A stretch of DNA of 53,190 nucleotides from Candidatus Saccharimonadales bacterium (GCA_035510465.1 DATKHC010000014.1:1-53190); one strand, 5' to 3'. Counted from the stretch's first letter, positions 34,744 to 46,900 are shown. Translations and numbers: made by a program. Notes: generated from the letters alone by a model not told the origin.

Positions 34744-35085
34744 CTACATTTTTATCTCTGCGTCGCAGCCAGCAGGCAGAGATAGGTTCATAAGAGAGTC
34801 TATAGTCTTTGGAGTAGGTTCAAATACATCAATTAGTCTCTTATGAACACGCATTTCGAATTGTTCCCGCCCTTTTTTGTAAACATGAGGACTTTTAACA
34901 ACTGTGTAGACCGTTCTATTGGTTGGAAGTGGTATAGGACCAGCTATTTGCGCCCCTGTTCTAAGCGCTGTATCTACGATCTGTTTAGCAGACTGATCAA
35001 TAACCCGGTGGTCATAAGCTTTTAGTCTAATTCTAATACGCTGTCTTGCGGCTTCAGGTTTTTTTGACTCAGTTGTGGTTGCCAT
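34744..35085 (-). CDS. rpsJ: 30S ribosomal protein S10
   Basis: [17 protein letters not shown]. Confidence 0.98.
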   Translation of the reverse strand: MATTTESKKPEAARQRIRIRLKAYDHRVIDQSAKQIVDTALRTGAQIAGPIPLPTNRTVYTVVKSPHVYKKGREQFEMRVHKRLIDVFEPTPKTIDSLMNLSLPAGCDAEIKM

Positions 35086-35099
35086 TGACTGTTTCGATC

Positions 35100-36281
35100 T
35101 TACTTGACGATTTTGGTTACAACACCGGCACCAACAGTTCTACCACCTTCTCGGATAGCGAACCTAAGTCCTTGTTCCATGGCAATTGGTGCGAGTAGTT
35201 TAACTTTGAAAGTGGTTGTATCACCAGGCATGATCATTTCTTTGTCAGCTGGTAACTCTACTTCACCTGTAACGTCAGTGGTTCGGAAGTAAAACTGAGG
35301 TTTGTAGCCTTTGAAAAATGGTGTGTGACGACCGCCTTCCTCTTTAGTAAGGATATAGACTTCGCTATCAAATTCAGTATGTGGAGTAACTGTACGTGGC
35401 TTGGCAAGAACTTGCCCGCGCTCGATGTCAGTTCGCTCGACTCCTCGCAGCAATATTCCAACGTTATCACCAGCTTGACCTTGGTCAAGGTTCTTTTTAA
35501 ACATCTCGACACCCGTAACAACACTCTTTTTAGTAGGACGAATTCCTACAATCTCTATTTCCTCGTTAACTTTGACGACACCCTGTTCGATACGACCTGT
35601 CGCAACTGTTCCTCGTCCTTTGATTGAAAAGATGTCTTCAATTGGCATTAAGAAAGGCTTATCAAGTTCTCGCTTTGGCTCTGGAATATACTCGTCCATT
35701 TTGTCGAGCAGTTCCATAATAGAGTCTTCATTCTCTTTATCACCAGCCAAAGCTTTAGTAGCTGAGCCTTTGATGATAGGAGCATTCTCGTCGAAGTCGT
35801 TCTTTTTAAGCAGTTCTCGGATATCCATTTCAACCAGTTCAACTAGCTCTGGATCAGCAATGTCCATTTTATTCATATAAACAAGGATTGAAGGTACGCC
35901 AACCTGACGAGCAAGTAGAACGTGCTCTCTAGTCTGAGGCATTGGTCCATCAGCCGCGGATACGACCAATATGGCGCCATCAACCTGGGCAGCGCCTGTA
36001 ATCATGTTCTTAATGTAATCAGCGTGTCCTGGCATGTCTACGTGAGCGTAGTGACGCTTTGCAGTCTCATATTCTGAGTGGTCAGTCGCAATAGTAATAC
36101 CACGCTGCTTTTCCTCTGGAGCGTTATCTATTTCTTCGTATGATCTAGCTTTATTTATATCTGATGGCTGTCGCTTTGATAAAACAGTATTTATCGCTGC
36201 GGTTAGTGATGTTTTACCGTGGTCAACGTGTCCCAAGGTGCCAACATTTACATGCGGTTTGTCTCTTTTAAAATCTGCCAT
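35100..36281 (-). CDS. tuf: Elongation factor Tu
   Basis: [25 protein letters not shown]. Confidence 0.99.
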   Translation of the reverse strand: MADFKRDKPHVNVGTLGHVDHGKTSLTAAINTVLSKRQPSDINKARSYEEIDNAPEEKQRGITIATDHSEYETAKRHYAHVDMPGHADYIKNMITGAAQVDGAILVVSAADGPMPQTREHVLLARQVGVPSILVYMNKMDIADPELVELVEMDIRELLKKNDFDENAPIIKGSATKALAGDKENEDSIMELLDKMDEYIPEPKRELDKPFLMPIEDIFSIKGRGTVATGRIEQGVVKVNEEIEIVGIRPTKKSVVTGVEMFKKNLDQGQAGDNVGILLRGVERTDIERGQVLAKPRTVTPHTEFDSEVYILTKEEGGRHTPFFKGYKPQFYFRTTDVTGEVELPADKEMIMPGDTTTFKVKLLAPIAMEQGLRFAIREGGRTVGAGVVTKIVK

Positions 36282-36348
36282 TTGGGTCTGACTCCTTTTA
36301 TAAATTAATTAACATGAGCAACAATAGCTCAAAAGAGTTATAACCAAT

Positions 36349-36377
36349 ATTCTATCTGATAAATAGCGTTTTGTAAA
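36349..36377 (-). promoter_or_regulatory. tuf promoter TTTACA-N17-TAGAAT
   Basis: Followed by a leader with SD AAGGAG. Confidence 0.65.
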
Positions 36378-36448
36378 CAGTTGTTTCAGAGTAAAATTCA
36401 GATTTCTTTTTATCTATATTTTAGGATTCTCATAACTCATCGTGAACA

Positions 36449-36805
36449 CTATGTGACACTTTCGGGGTTTTGATCCTCGTCAAAGTAAGCATCTACAGGT
36501 AATTGGTTTCTGTCCCTAAGTGACGTTTCTCCCAGTACTCCGCCAGCACCAACAAGCGAGAGAATTCCGCCAAGACTTTCAAGCACCAACTCGGTTATAT
36601 CCTCAGTCGTATTAGGTTTTGGAGCCTCGACTTTCAGAAGTACTGACGCACCTAACATTAATAACCCTGCTGATAAAATAGTCCCCCACTTATTTAAGCG
36701 ACGACTATGTCTCCTTGAGTTATGAGTACTCTCCATACCATCACGAACCACCTCCAATTTAAAAGGAGTAGGTACTTTATCAATAGACCGCTCATAAAAA
36801 CTCAT
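36449..36805 (-). CDS. Two-TM hypothetical protein inserted between fusA and tuf
   Basis: 118 aa; own promoter TTGCAG-N17-TAAAAT (36842-36814) 8 nt before ATG. Confidence 0.6.
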   Translation of the reverse strand: MSFYERSIDKVPTPFKLEVVRDGMESTHNSRRHSRRLNKWGTILSAGLLMLGASVLLKVEAPKPNTTEDITELVLESLGGILSLVGAGGVLGETSLRDRNQLPVDAYFDEDQNPESVT

Positions 36806-36864
36806 ATCGGGGTATTTTAACCCTGATAGATATAACCTGCAAGCATGTGCGGGATCTAAACTGC

Positions 36865-38952
36865 CTATTTTGCATTTTTTGAGATAATAGACTCAGCCAC
36901 GTTCGTAGGCACGTCGGAGTATCGATCTAGCTCCATAGAAGAGCTGGCTCTACCTTGAGTCATACTTCTAAGATTAGTTGTATAACCAAACATTTCTCCG
37001 AGTGGTACAAGGGCTGTTATCTCTTTTATTCCCGGAGATAAATCAACCATAGTTTCTATTCGACCACGCTTACTGTTTAAATCACCGATTACGTCACCCA
37101 TGAATGATTCTGGAGTAACAACAACTACTTTCATTATTGGTTCGAGTAGAACTGGACTAGCTTTTTTAACAGCTGCTTGAATAGCCATAGATCCAGCAAT
37201 TGAAAATGCTAACTCAGATGAGTCTACGTCGTGGTAACTTCCGTCGTATAGCTCGGCTTTAACATCAACAACTGGATAACCAGCGATCACTCCGTTAGCA
37301 AGCGCTTCTTCAATACCCTTTCTGACGGGAGTTATATATTCATGGGGGACTACACCACCTTTTATGCTATTAACGAATTCAAATCCCTTACCTTGCTCAT
37401 TTTGAAAGACCCTAAGCCAAACATGACCATATTGTCCCCTTCCACCTGTTTGACGGATAAACTTGCCTTCCGCCTCAACCCCGTCTTTTCGAATTGTTTC
37501 ACGGTAAGCAACTTGAGGCTCTCCGACATTTGCCTCAACGCTAAACTCACGTTTCATTCGATCAACGATAATTTCTAGGTGCAATTCACCCATCCCGCTA
37601 ATAATCGTTTGACCAGTTTCGTGATCTACTCGAATTCTGAAAGTAGGGTCCTCTTCACCTAAGCGCTGAAGTGCAAGACCCAGTTTTTCCTGGTCTGATT
37701 TAGTCTTGGGCTCAATAGCAATTGAAACTGGCGGTTCTGGGAACGTTATGCTCTCTAAAATAATAGGGTTTGATTGGTCGCAAAGAGTATTCCCTGTAGT
37801 AGTACCTTTTAAGCCAACAATGGCTGCTATGTCACCTGTACCAACCTCCGACACATCGGTTCGGTCATTAGCCTGCATCCTAACTATTCGACCAATGCGT
37901 TCTTTTTCACCAGTGGAACTGTTTAAGATATAGCTACCTGATTTAACCTTTCCAGAATATACTCTGAAAAAGGCTAGCTTACCGACAAAGGGGTCGGTGG
38001 CAATCTTAAAGGCTAACGCCGAGAAAGCCTGCGTCTCTTCGGGTTTTCGCTCTATTTCATCACCGGTTTTAGGTTGCGTACCCCAAGTTGACCCACGATC
38101 AATCGGACTTGGTAGAAAATCTACTACTGCATCGAGTAGTTTTTCGACTATTACGCCTCTGCCATCCCCGCCACTTACAGCAAAGAATTTACCACTCAGG
38201 ACCGATGCCCGGACAGCAGAACGAACCTCATCTTCTGAAAGTCCTTCTTCCCCAACTTCGAAATACTTCTCCAGTAGTTTCTCGTCTTCAGTTATTGCAT
38301 TTTCAATTAGAAGTGATCGATACTTCTTAACCTGGTCAGCCATATCAGCTGGGATTTCACCTTCACTTACCTCATGATCTGAAAAATCCTTATAGGTGTA
38401 TGACTTTAGGCTAATCAGATCGACCACACCGGATACTGACTGCTCAAAACCGATCGGCAAATGAATGGGGAACGCCTGTTTTGACAAACGCTGATGGATA
38501 GATTCAAGTGATTTGTAGAAATCACCGCCAGTTTGATTTATCTTGTTAATGAAACAGATTCTAGGAACACGGTATTTATCTGCTTGTCGCCAAACAGTCT
38601 CGGATTGGCTCTCAACGCCCATTTTGCCATCAAAAACAACTACAGCACCGTCAAGTACTCGAAGTGAGCGTTCAACCTCTACCGTAAAGTCAATGTGTCC
38701 AGGGGTATCGATTATGTTGACTTTGTGATTTTTCCAATAACAAGTAACAGCCGCACTGGTAATCGTAATTCCACGTTCACGTTCCTGTTCCATCCAGTCG
38801 GTAGTAGTTTCACCCTCATGAACCGCGCCGATCTTATGTTTTAAGCCAGTACGATACAGGATGCCTTCGGTAGTAGTAGTTTTACCGGCATCAATGTGCG
38901 CAATAATTCCAATATTCCGCAACTTATCTAATTGATATCTAGTTTCCGCCAC
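36865..38952 (-). CDS. fusA: Elongation factor G (GTG 38952 preferred; ORF track start 38967)
   Basis: [28 protein letters not shown]; AAGGA upstream of the GTG. Confidence 0.98.
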   Translation of the reverse strand: MAETRYQLDKLRNIGIIAHIDAGKTTTTEGILYRTGLKHKIGAVHEGETTTDWMEQERERGITITSAAVTCYWKNHKVNIIDTPGHIDFTVEVERSLRVLDGAVVVFDGKMGVESQSETVWRQADKYRVPRICFINKINQTGGDFYKSLESIHQRLSKQAFPIHLPIGFEQSVSGVVDLISLKSYTYKDFSDHEVSEGEIPADMADQVKKYRSLLIENAITEDEKLLEKYFEVGEEGLSEDEVRSAVRASVLSGKFFAVSGGDGRGVIVEKLLDAVVDFLPSPIDRGSTWGTQPKTGDEIERKPEETQAFSALAFKIATDPFVGKLAFFRVYSGKVKSGSYILNSSTGEKERIGRIVRMQANDRTDVSEVGTGDIAAIVGLKGTTTGNTLCDQSNPIILESITFPEPPVSIAIEPKTKSDQEKLGLALQRLGEEDPTFRIRVDHETGQTIISGMGELHLEIIVDRMKREFSVEANVGEPQVAYRETIRKDGVEAEGKFIRQTGGRGQYGHVWLRVFQNEQGKGFEFVNSIKGGVVPHEYITPVRKGIEEALANGVIAGYPVVDVKAELYDGSYHDVDSSELAFSIAGSMAIQAAVKKASPVLLEPIMKVVVVTPESFMGDVIGDLNSKRGRIETMVDLSPGIKEITALVPLGEMFGYTTNLRSMTQGRASSSMELDRYSDVPTNVAESIISKNAK

Positions 38953-39223
38953 CTGCAATTCCTTCAACTATCATTTTTTGAATAGATAATCCATCATGAC
39001 CACAACCTGACCTCCTGAGCAATGCTTCAGCTTCTTGTGCTGATTGTGTGACAAGTGTTCCTGCTTGTCTCAAAGACTCTTCTTGAGGTCGACCGTCGAA
39101 AGAATCTCCTTCTGCGCCTACCAAAACTCTCATACCGCGTTCCTCGCCTATAACTGTATTTAGAACAGCAAAACACATATCTGGCTGCTCACATGAATCG
39201 CAAGCTTCAAACCATGCACTCAT
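38939..39223 (-). CDS. Putative Cys-containing hypothetical protein filling the rpsG-fusA gap
   Basis: ATG 4 nt after the rpsG stop; 94 aa [18 protein letters not shown]...RSGCGHDG; 3' end overlaps the fusA start. Confidence 0.45.
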   Translation of the reverse strand: MSAWFEACDSCEQPDMCFAVLNTVIGEERGMRVLVGAEGDSFDGRPQEESLRQAGTLVTQSAQEAEALLRRSGCGHDGLSIQKMIVEGIAGGGN

Positions 39224-39227
39224 ACAA

Positions 39228-39707
39228 TTAATACCTAGCAAAGTGAGCAAATGCCCTGTTAGCATCTGCCATTCTATGCGTATCTTCTTTTTTCTTAACT
39301 GCACTGCCGGCGCCACCATAAGCATCGACTAACTCTGCGGCAATTCTTTTATCCGTGCTAATTCCGCCACGAGAACGTACTGCAGCCACAAACCACATAG
39401 TAGTGAGGTGAACTTGTCTTTGACCTTTTACTTCAAAAGGTATCTGATAATTAGCTCCCCCGACACGTCTTGAACGGGTTTCGGTGTGTGGTCGAATATT
39501 ATTCATGGCTCTATCGAAAACTTCGATTGGGTTTTGAACTTTTAGTTTGTCGGCAGCTTGTTGCATACCAGCATACATTAACTTCTCTGCCATCTGTTTT
39601 TTGCCACCTAGCATAACACGGTTAATGACTCTTTGGACTGCGACTGAATTATAGAGTCTATCAGCTGGGATTGGTCGAGTTAGTGATTTTGTCTTCTTCC
39701 TCGGCAT
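39228..39707 (-). CDS. rpsG: 30S ribosomal protein S7
   Basis: RRVGGANYQIP, HRMADANRAFAH. Confidence 0.98.
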   Translation of the reverse strand: MPRKKTKSLTRPIPADRLYNSVAVQRVINRVMLGGKKQMAEKLMYAGMQQAADKLKVQNPIEVFDRAMNNIRPHTETRSRRVGGANYQIPFEVKGQRQVHLTTMWFVAAVRSRGGISTDKRIAAELVDAYGGAGSAVKKKEDTHRMADANRAFAHFARY

Positions 39708-39709
39708 TA

Positions 39710-40120
39710 CTATGACCCTTTCTTGGTCCCATATTTACTACGTCCATGAGTTCGTTTGCTTACGCCAAGCAGATCAAGATGACCCCGGACGATATGGTAA
39801 CGGACACCTGGTAAGTCTTTAACTCGGCCGCCTCTTACTAAAACAACTGCGTGTTCTTGAAGATTGTGACCTTCACCACCGATGTAAGCCCATACTTCTT
39901 GACCATTAGTTAGGCGAACACGGGCTACTTTTCGAAGAGCTGAGTTAGGTTTCTTTGGAGTCTTTGTGGTTACTTTTATACATACTCCTCTTTTAAATGG
40001 AGCTGGCCGCTCATAGGATTGGTTTTTTATATTGTTAACAACTTTAAGCATAGCCGGTGACTTAGACTTTGTGGTCACCTGGTGCCTCGGCTTGCGTACT
40101 AGTTGATTAATTGTTGGCAT
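39710..40120 (-). CDS. rpsL: 30S ribosomal protein S12
   Basis: [21 protein letters not shown]. Confidence 0.98.
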   Translation of the reverse strand: MPTINQLVRKPRHQVTTKSKSPAMLKVVNNIKNQSYERPAPFKRGVCIKVTTKTPKKPNSALRKVARVRLTNGQEVWAYIGGEGHNLQEHAVVLVRGGRVKDLPGVRYHIVRGHLDLLGVSKRTHGRSKYGTKKGS

Positions 40121-40140
40121 AGTAGATTAGTTAACCAGAT

Positions 40141-43100
40141 TTACTCCTCAGCGTCAACGCTGTCGGACTCCTTAGAATAGGGCGAATGGCCATAACCAGT
40201 TCCAACTGGTATAAGCCGACCCAAAATAACGTTCTCTTTTAAGCCAAACAAATGGTCAACTTTACCGCTTGTTGCAGCAGCAATTAGAACCCTTGTTGTG
40301 TCCTGGAAACTAGCTGAGCTTAAGAATGAGTCGGTTGTTAGGCTTGCTTTGGTAATACCAAGTAGTAATTGGCTATACTTGATCGGTTTCTTATTCCCGC
40401 GAACCAGTTGATCATTAACCTCGACTACCGACAATTTACTGGCAATATCTCCTGTAACGAACTCACTATCTCCAGCTTCCTCAATTTGAACTCGACTAAA
40501 CATCTGTCTAATTATGATTTCCAAATGTTTATCGGCGATGCTCTGACCTTGTGAGGCAAAGATACGCAAGATTTCATTCATTATGTAGCGCTGAGTTGCT
40601 TCAATGCCCTTTAATGCCATCAAATCATGAAGGTTAATAGAACCATTGGTAAGCATCTGTCCTTTTTCGACCTGCCCACCGTCTTTAACCAATATCTGAC
40701 GATAGCCAGGGATATCATGTCTAACTACACTCTGTTCTGAGCGTACAATGACTGCCTCTTTATCAGTGAACTCAACTATTCCAGAAACAGGAGCGAGTAG
40801 CGGCTCTATTGTGCCTTTAGCTTTGGCAGAAGCTAGGATGTCGCCAACTGCCACTAAACTCCCGCCATCTAGTTGTGGTTTACGGTTTTTAAGAGGAAGT
40901 TTGGTTGATTTGCCTTTATCGTCGAGGGCTGTAATCTGAACGACATAGTGATCAGCTTCCTCCCATACATTGACGGTTCCGCTGATATCGGCAAGCACTG
41001 CTTGTCCTTTTGGTGCTCTAACTTCAAACAACTCTTCAACTCGAGGTAGACCAGTCGTAATATCCTCGCCAGCTACACCACCCGCATGGAAGGTCTTTAG
41101 GGTAAGCTGCGTACCTGGTTCACCGATACTTTGAGCAGCAATTACGCCAACAGGGTGATGTGACGCAACTAGCTCGCCGGTTGCTGGGTCAATCCCGTAG
41201 GACTTCCTGGAAACTCCACGGACACTAGTAGCTGATAGTGCACTTAAGATACGTACTCCATCAATTGATTTATCGGCATCAATTTTCTCAGCAACTTCTT
41301 TTGTTATTAGCTCGCCTGACTTTATTAGTTTATTAACTGGTCCGGCTGTGAAACGTCCTTCGAGTCGAGACGCGTAGCTAACACCGACTTCTTTGGCATC
41401 GCCACGGTAGACCGGGAAACCTGGATCATCATCTTGATCGTCAATCGTGAACACATCTTGAGACACGTCAACCAGTCGTCTGGTCAAATAACCTGAGTCG
41501 GCAGTCTTTAGAGCTGTGTCAATTAATCCTTTTCGAGCTCCACGGGCAGCTGTGAAGTATTCCAGTGGAGTTAAACCTTGCTTATAGTTACTCCTAATTG
41601 GCAGCTCAATGGCTCGACCAGTTGTGTCGGCCTGAATTCCAACTGTACCGACGGTCATTTTTACCTGTCCAATACTGCCTCTAGCACCTGACAACACTGC
41701 TATCGACATCGATGAATCCTGCTTAGTAAATTGGTTGACTAGTAACTCTTGAATTTTGTTATCAGCTTCCATCCAGATCTCAACGGTTAGTCGATATCGT
41801 TCGGAATTATTGATAAGCCCTTCGTTATACTGATCAGCAACAACTTTAGCCTTTTCTTCAGCAGCGGTAATTTCTTCATCCATACCGTCGATATCGTTGA
41901 AGTCACCCATACCCATAGATAGTCCTGATACGGTTGCGTAATTAAAGCCGAGTTGCATTAGTTTGTCAGCGATTTCAGCAGCTTGGGCTTGGCCATACAT
42001 AGCGTAAGCAGTTGCCATAGCGCTTTGGAGTTTCTTCTTAGACATGGATTCATCTAAGAATGGGAAATCATCTGGGAAGATCTCATTGAACAAGAATCGT
42101 CCAAGTGTGCTCTCGTGCTTTGAACCCCGGAAATTTATTCTTATCCTGCTATGCAGAGTAATAATTCCGGCGTCGTAAGCCATTAAGGCTTCATGAAGAG
42201 ACGAGTAAGGACGGATTTTATTCATTTCTTCAGTCGATCGGTCATATGTTAAGTAATAACAACCGAGCACGATATCTTGTTCGATGTGTAGTATTGGCGA
42301 ACCGTCAGCTGGTTTCAGCAAGTTCTTGTTACTAGCCATGATTTCTCTGGCTTCTTTTTGTGCATCATCAGAAAGAGGTAAATGAACTGCCATTTGGTCA
42401 CCATCGAAATCTGCGTTAAAGCCTTTACATACCAATGGATGTAGTTGAATAGCTTTCCCCTCGATCAGAACCGGCTGGAAGGCTTGGATACTTAGTCTGT
42501 GAAGACTTGGAGCTCGGTTAAGAAGGACATACTTACCTTTAATTACTTCATCAAGTGCGTCCCAAACCGCTGTTTCACCCAGTTCGATCATTCGAGTGGC
42601 TGAGCGTATATTGTGAGCCTGGTCATTATGGATCAAGTGTCCAATTACAAATGGTTTGAACAGTTCAAGCGCCATCATCTTCGGGAGACCACATTGGTAA
42701 ATTCGAAGCTCAGGTCCTGAAACAATAACTGATCGGCCCGAGTAATCTACTCTTTTTCCTAACAAGTTCTGCCTGAATCGACCCTGTTTACCCTTTAGCA
42801 TGTCGGATAGTGACTTAAGTCTGCGGTGTTGGCCAGTTGCGGCAACGGCTCGACCTGAACGAGTACTATTGTTATCAATCAAAGCATCGACTGCTTCTTG
42901 AAGCATTCGCTGTTCGTTTCGTCTAATAACCTCAGGAGCTTTCAACTCAATTAACTTCTTTAGTCGGTTGTTTCGGTTGATTACGCGGCGATATAGATCA
43001 TTTAGGTCGGAGGTAGCAAATCGGCCACCAGTTAACTGAACCATTGGACGCAGATCTGGGGGAATCACTGGAAGTACTGTAAAGCACATACTACCTGGCT

Positions 43101-43965
43101 TAATGCCAGCTCGCTGCATTGATTCAAGAAGTCGCAGTCGCTTCATTAGTTTCTTTTTACGCTGACCTTTTGCCTCTTCAGATTCTTTGGATAGTTGTTC
43201 GATTAAAGTGCTTAGATTAATTTCATCAAGAAGTTCCTTGATTGCGACTCCACCCATACCAACTTTTATAAGCGAGGATACTTCCTCAGGAAGGAACCGG
43301 TAATCGTTTTCAGAAATCAGATTTAGTTTTTCGAGCGCACTTAGCTGATCTTTGACAGCTGCGTAGTTAGTAGTCAGCTCTTCAATTTCTTTAGTTTGCA
43401 TCTCTGCTAGAGCTTTAATGTTAGCGTTTTCAGCTTTTGCTTCAGATTCAAAACGCAGTTTGATAGCTTCTTTAGCAGCATTAAACTCAGCTTCTTTCTC
43501 AGCAATCATTTGGTCACGCTTTTCACGATCAACCTTGGTGATTATGTAAGCTGCGAAATAAACTACTCGCTCTAAATTCTTAACTGTCATTCCAAGAAGC
43601 AGTCCAATTGCGGAAGGAGTTCCACGCAGGAACCAAATGTGCGCAACTGGAGTAGCTAGATTAATGTGGCCCATTCGCTCACGTCTAACGATAGACTTGG
43701 TAACCACTTCACCGTTCTTATCGACAGCCGCTTCACGGCTTCTAATACCTTTATATTTGGCATCGTGAGGATTGATGTCTTTAACGGGACCGAAAATTCG
43801 CTCACAGAAAAGACCATCTCGCTCAGGTTTTTGAGTTCTATAGTTAATAGTCTCGGGTTTAGTTACCTCACCATAACTCCACTCCAAAATATCCTCAGGG
43901 CCTGCTACCGCTAATCGAACAGCGTCGAATTCGGCAATATTTGTTCCGGTATTGTAATTTCTCAC
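40141..43965 (-). CDS. rpoC: RNA polymerase beta' subunit lacking all Zn-ligand cysteines (GTG start overlapping the rpoB TGA)
   Basis: [39 protein letters not shown]. Confidence 0.99.
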   Translation of the reverse strand: MRNYNTGTNIAEFDAVRLAVAGPEDILEWSYGEVTKPETINYRTQKPERDGLFCERIFGPVKDINPHDAKYKGIRSREAAVDKNGEVVTKSIVRRERMGHINLATPVAHIWFLRGTPSAIGLLLGMTVKNLERVVYFAAYIITKVDREKRDQMIAEKEAEFNAAKEAIKLRFESEAKAENANIKALAEMQTKEIEELTTNYAAVKDQLSALEKLNLISENDYRFLPEEVSSLIKVGMGGVAIKELLDEINLSTLIEQLSKESEEAKGQRKKKLMKRLRLLESMQRAGIKPGSMCFTVLPVIPPDLRPMVQLTGGRFATSDLNDLYRRVINRNNRLKKLIELKAPEVIRRNEQRMLQEAVDALIDNNSTRSGRAVAATGQHRRLKSLSDMLKGKQGRFRQNLLGKRVDYSGRSVIVSGPELRIYQCGLPKMMALELFKPFVIGHLIHNDQAHNIRSATRMIELGETAVWDALDEVIKGKYVLLNRAPSLHRLSIQAFQPVLIEGKAIQLHPLVCKGFNADFDGDQMAVHLPLSDDAQKEAREIMASNKNLLKPADGSPILHIEQDIVLGCYYLTYDRSTEEMNKIRPYSSLHEALMAYDAGIITLHSRIRINFRGSKHESTLGRFLFNEIFPDDFPFLDESMSKKKLQSAMATAYAMYGQAQAAEIADKLMQLGFNYATVSGLSMGMGDFNDIDGMDEEITAAEEKAKVVADQYNEGLINNSERYRLTVEIWMEADNKIQELLVNQFTKQDSSMSIAVLSGARGSIGQVKMTVGTVGIQADTTGRAIELPIRSNYKQGLTPLEYFTAARGARKGLIDTALKTADSGYLTRRLVDVSQDVFTIDDQDDDPGFPVYRGDAKEVGVSYASRLEGRFTAGPVNKLIKSGELITKEVAEKIDADKSIDGVRILSALSATSVRGVSRKSYGIDPATGELVASHHPVGVIAAQSIGEPGTQLTLKTFHAGGVAGEDITTGLPRVEELFEVRAPKGQAVLADISGTVNVWEEADHYVVQITALDDKGKSTKLPLKNRKPQLDGGSLVAVGDILASAKAKGTIEPLLAPVSGIVEFTDKEAVIVRSEQSVVRHDIPGYRQILVKDGGQVEKGQMLTNGSINLHDLMALKGIEATQRYIMNEILRIFASQGQSIADKHLEIIIRQMFSRVQIEEAGDSEFVTGDIASKLSVVEVNDQLVRGNKKPIKYSQLLLGITKASLTTDSFLSSASFQDTTRVLIAAATSGKVDHLFGLKENVILGRLIPVGTGYGHSPYSKESDSVDAEE

Positions 43966-46900
43966 GCCTGTTCCTCCTTTAAATCTTCATCAATATTCGA
44001 TATCACTGCAGCATCGTCGAGTGGGATGTTGTCGTCACTAACCTGAGCAGCATCACCACCCGTGCCATCATCCGGCAGCGGTTCATCCAGTCCCACAACA
44101 GAAAATTCATTCACACTAACGTCTTCAGTAACGTCAATGCCAGAAATTTCGCTGTCAGGTACATCTACTTTAGATGCATGCTTTGCTTCGTCTTCTATGC
44201 TGCTAGCTAGTACTTCTTCGGCATCAACTATCTTGTTGGATGTAATTAGATCCACCTTCAAACTCAGTCCTTGAAGTTCCTTAACTAAGACATTGAAACT
44301 CTCTGGAACTTTTGGACCAACGATCTCAGTGCCCTTAATAATAGACTCGTAAGCCTTGGACCTTCCATAAACATCGTCTGACTTGATAGTTAGCATTTCT
44401 TGGAGTGAATAGGCTGCTCCATAAGCTTCTAGGGCCCAGACTTCCATCTCGCCAAATCTCTGACCACCATTTTGAGCTTTTCCACCAAGTGGTTGTTGGG
44501 TAACCATTGTGTATGGACCAGTTGAACGAGCGTGGATTTTATCAGTTACCATGTGCTCTAACTTGAGTACATGCATAACGCCAACAACTGTTCGTTCTTT
44601 AAACTTCTCACCTGAACGTCCATCATACAATTCTTGCTTACCGTCTTCTGGAAGACCTGCCTTACCAAGAAGTTCACGGATCTTTTCAATGGAGACTCCG
44701 TTAAATGGTGGTGTGGCTATTTTAAGCCCGAGAGCCGTAGCAGCCATACCAAGGTGAGTCTCAAACAACTGACCAATGTTCATTCTAGAGGGGACACCCA
44801 TAGGGTTAAATACGATATCAACAGGTGTGCCGTCTGCCAAAAATGGCATGTCAGCAATTGGCAGTACTCTTGCGATAACACCCTTGTTACCGTGTCGGCC
44901 AGCTAACTTATCACCAACTTGAATCTTTCGCATCTGGGCAACAAAAACTTGGATCTGCATAATCACACCGGATTTAAGTTCATGACCTCTTTCTCTTGAG
45001 AATATTTTGACGCCAACAACTTTTCCGTGTTTACCATTGCTCATGCGTTCTGAAGTATCACGTACTTCCTTGGCTTTTTCACCAAAGATAGCTCGAAGTA
45101 ATCTCTCTTCGCTGCTTAGTTCCTGTTCGCCTTTTGGCGTAATCTTTCCAACTAGTATATCTCCAGGGTGAACCTCAGCACCAATTCTAACGATACCGTC
45201 CTCATCTAGATGTCTTAATACCTCATCCGAGACATTAGGGATGTCGCTAGTAACAATTTCAGGTCCAAGCTTTGTTTCACGAACCTCAACCATGAAGTCC
45301 ATAATATTAATAGAGGTGAATACATCTTCCTGGACTAAACGCTGTGAAATAATTATGGCGTCTTCGAAGTTATAGCCATTCCAAGGCATAAATGCGACCA
45401 TTACGTCACGACCTAGGGACAATTCTCCGCCACTAATACTCATTCCTTCGATTAACGGTTGCCCCTCAACTACTTTGTCGCCGGAGCTGACTACAACCTT
45501 CTGGTTCATTGAAGTGCCTTCGTTACTTCTTTGGAAGTGCAGCGGGTAGTATGTTTGGCTGTGATTTTTGTATTTAACTATGACTTCGTCGGCCACAGCT
45601 TTAGTTACAACTCCGTTTTCTTCAGCAACAATAAGTTGTGAAGTGTTTAGGGCTAGGGTTCTTTCAAAGCCAGTCCCAATTGTAGGAGACACAGGATTAA
45701 CAAGTGGTACGGCTTGCTTTTGTTGGTTAGCACCTACTAGTGCGCGGTCTACTCGGTCCTTTTCGATAAATGGAATAAGCGTCGCGTTAGCACCAATAGT
45801 CTGGTTAGGAGTGGCGTCAAGGTGAGTAACCTGATTAGAGTCAACCTCACCAGTCACCAAACGATTCCTAGCACTTACTCGCTCATCAACAAAATAACCT
45901 TCCTCGTCAAGCGCACTGTCAGCACTGGCGATTACAGCGTTTTCCTCTTCAGCAGCATCCAAAAACAAGATTTCATCAGTCACTCTAGCCTTAACGGGCC
46001 AGGTTACTTGATTCTTAACACTAGCTAGCTGTTTCGCAGCAGCTGCAGTAATTTTCTTGCCGGCAGCGACAATCAGCTTACCTTTTTCAGTTTCTAAATT
46101 AACAGCAGCAACATATCCAACTGCATCTTTGGCGGTAACTGCGTTAACTACTTTTCTATATGGTGTCTCAATAAAACCAAAGTCATTAATTCTGGCATAG
46201 CCAGCAAGATTTAATACTAGTCCAATATTTGAACCCTCAGGGGTTTCTACAGTACAAATACGGCCATAGTGAGTGGCGTGAGCATCACGAACTTCAAATC
46301 CGGCTCTCTCCCTACTCAAGCCTCCTGGGCCCATTGAACTTAGACGTCGTTTGTGAGCAAGTTCAGAAAGCGGGTTAATTTGCTCCATGAACTGAGAAAG
46401 CTGAGATATTGCGAAAAATTCACGAACAGCTGCAACTACAGGTCGAGCATTAATTAATTGAGCAGCCGTAACGGTCTCGATCTCGTTCATGCTCATGCGG
46501 TCTTTGGTATTCCTTTGCATTCGAAGTAGACCGATTCTAAACTGCCTCTGGACAAGCTCGCCTACTAATTTAACTCGGCGGTTAGCCAAAGAGTCAATGT
46601 CGTCAGCAGGATCTTGGGTATTATTAAGTCGAATGATCTCAGCAACGATAGCGATTAGGTCCTCAAGTCGCATGACTCGGTTCTCGATAGTATTTGGAAC
46701 CTTAAGATCAAGTCGTTTGTTTATCTTATAGCGACCTACTCTTGAAAAATCAAAGCGCTGGAAGTTATAAAGCATGTTCTCGATAAGAGATCGAGCGTTT
46801 TCGACTGTTGCGAGATCACCTGGTCGCAAACGACGATAGATTTCAATTAGGGCGTCATTAGTTCCTCTAGCTGGGTCTTTTTTAAGAGTAGTGTCAACGT

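Noticed and set aside
39710-40120. Streptomycin-resistance alleles in S12
   Set aside because: The KKPNS and RVKDLPG lysines are wild type.
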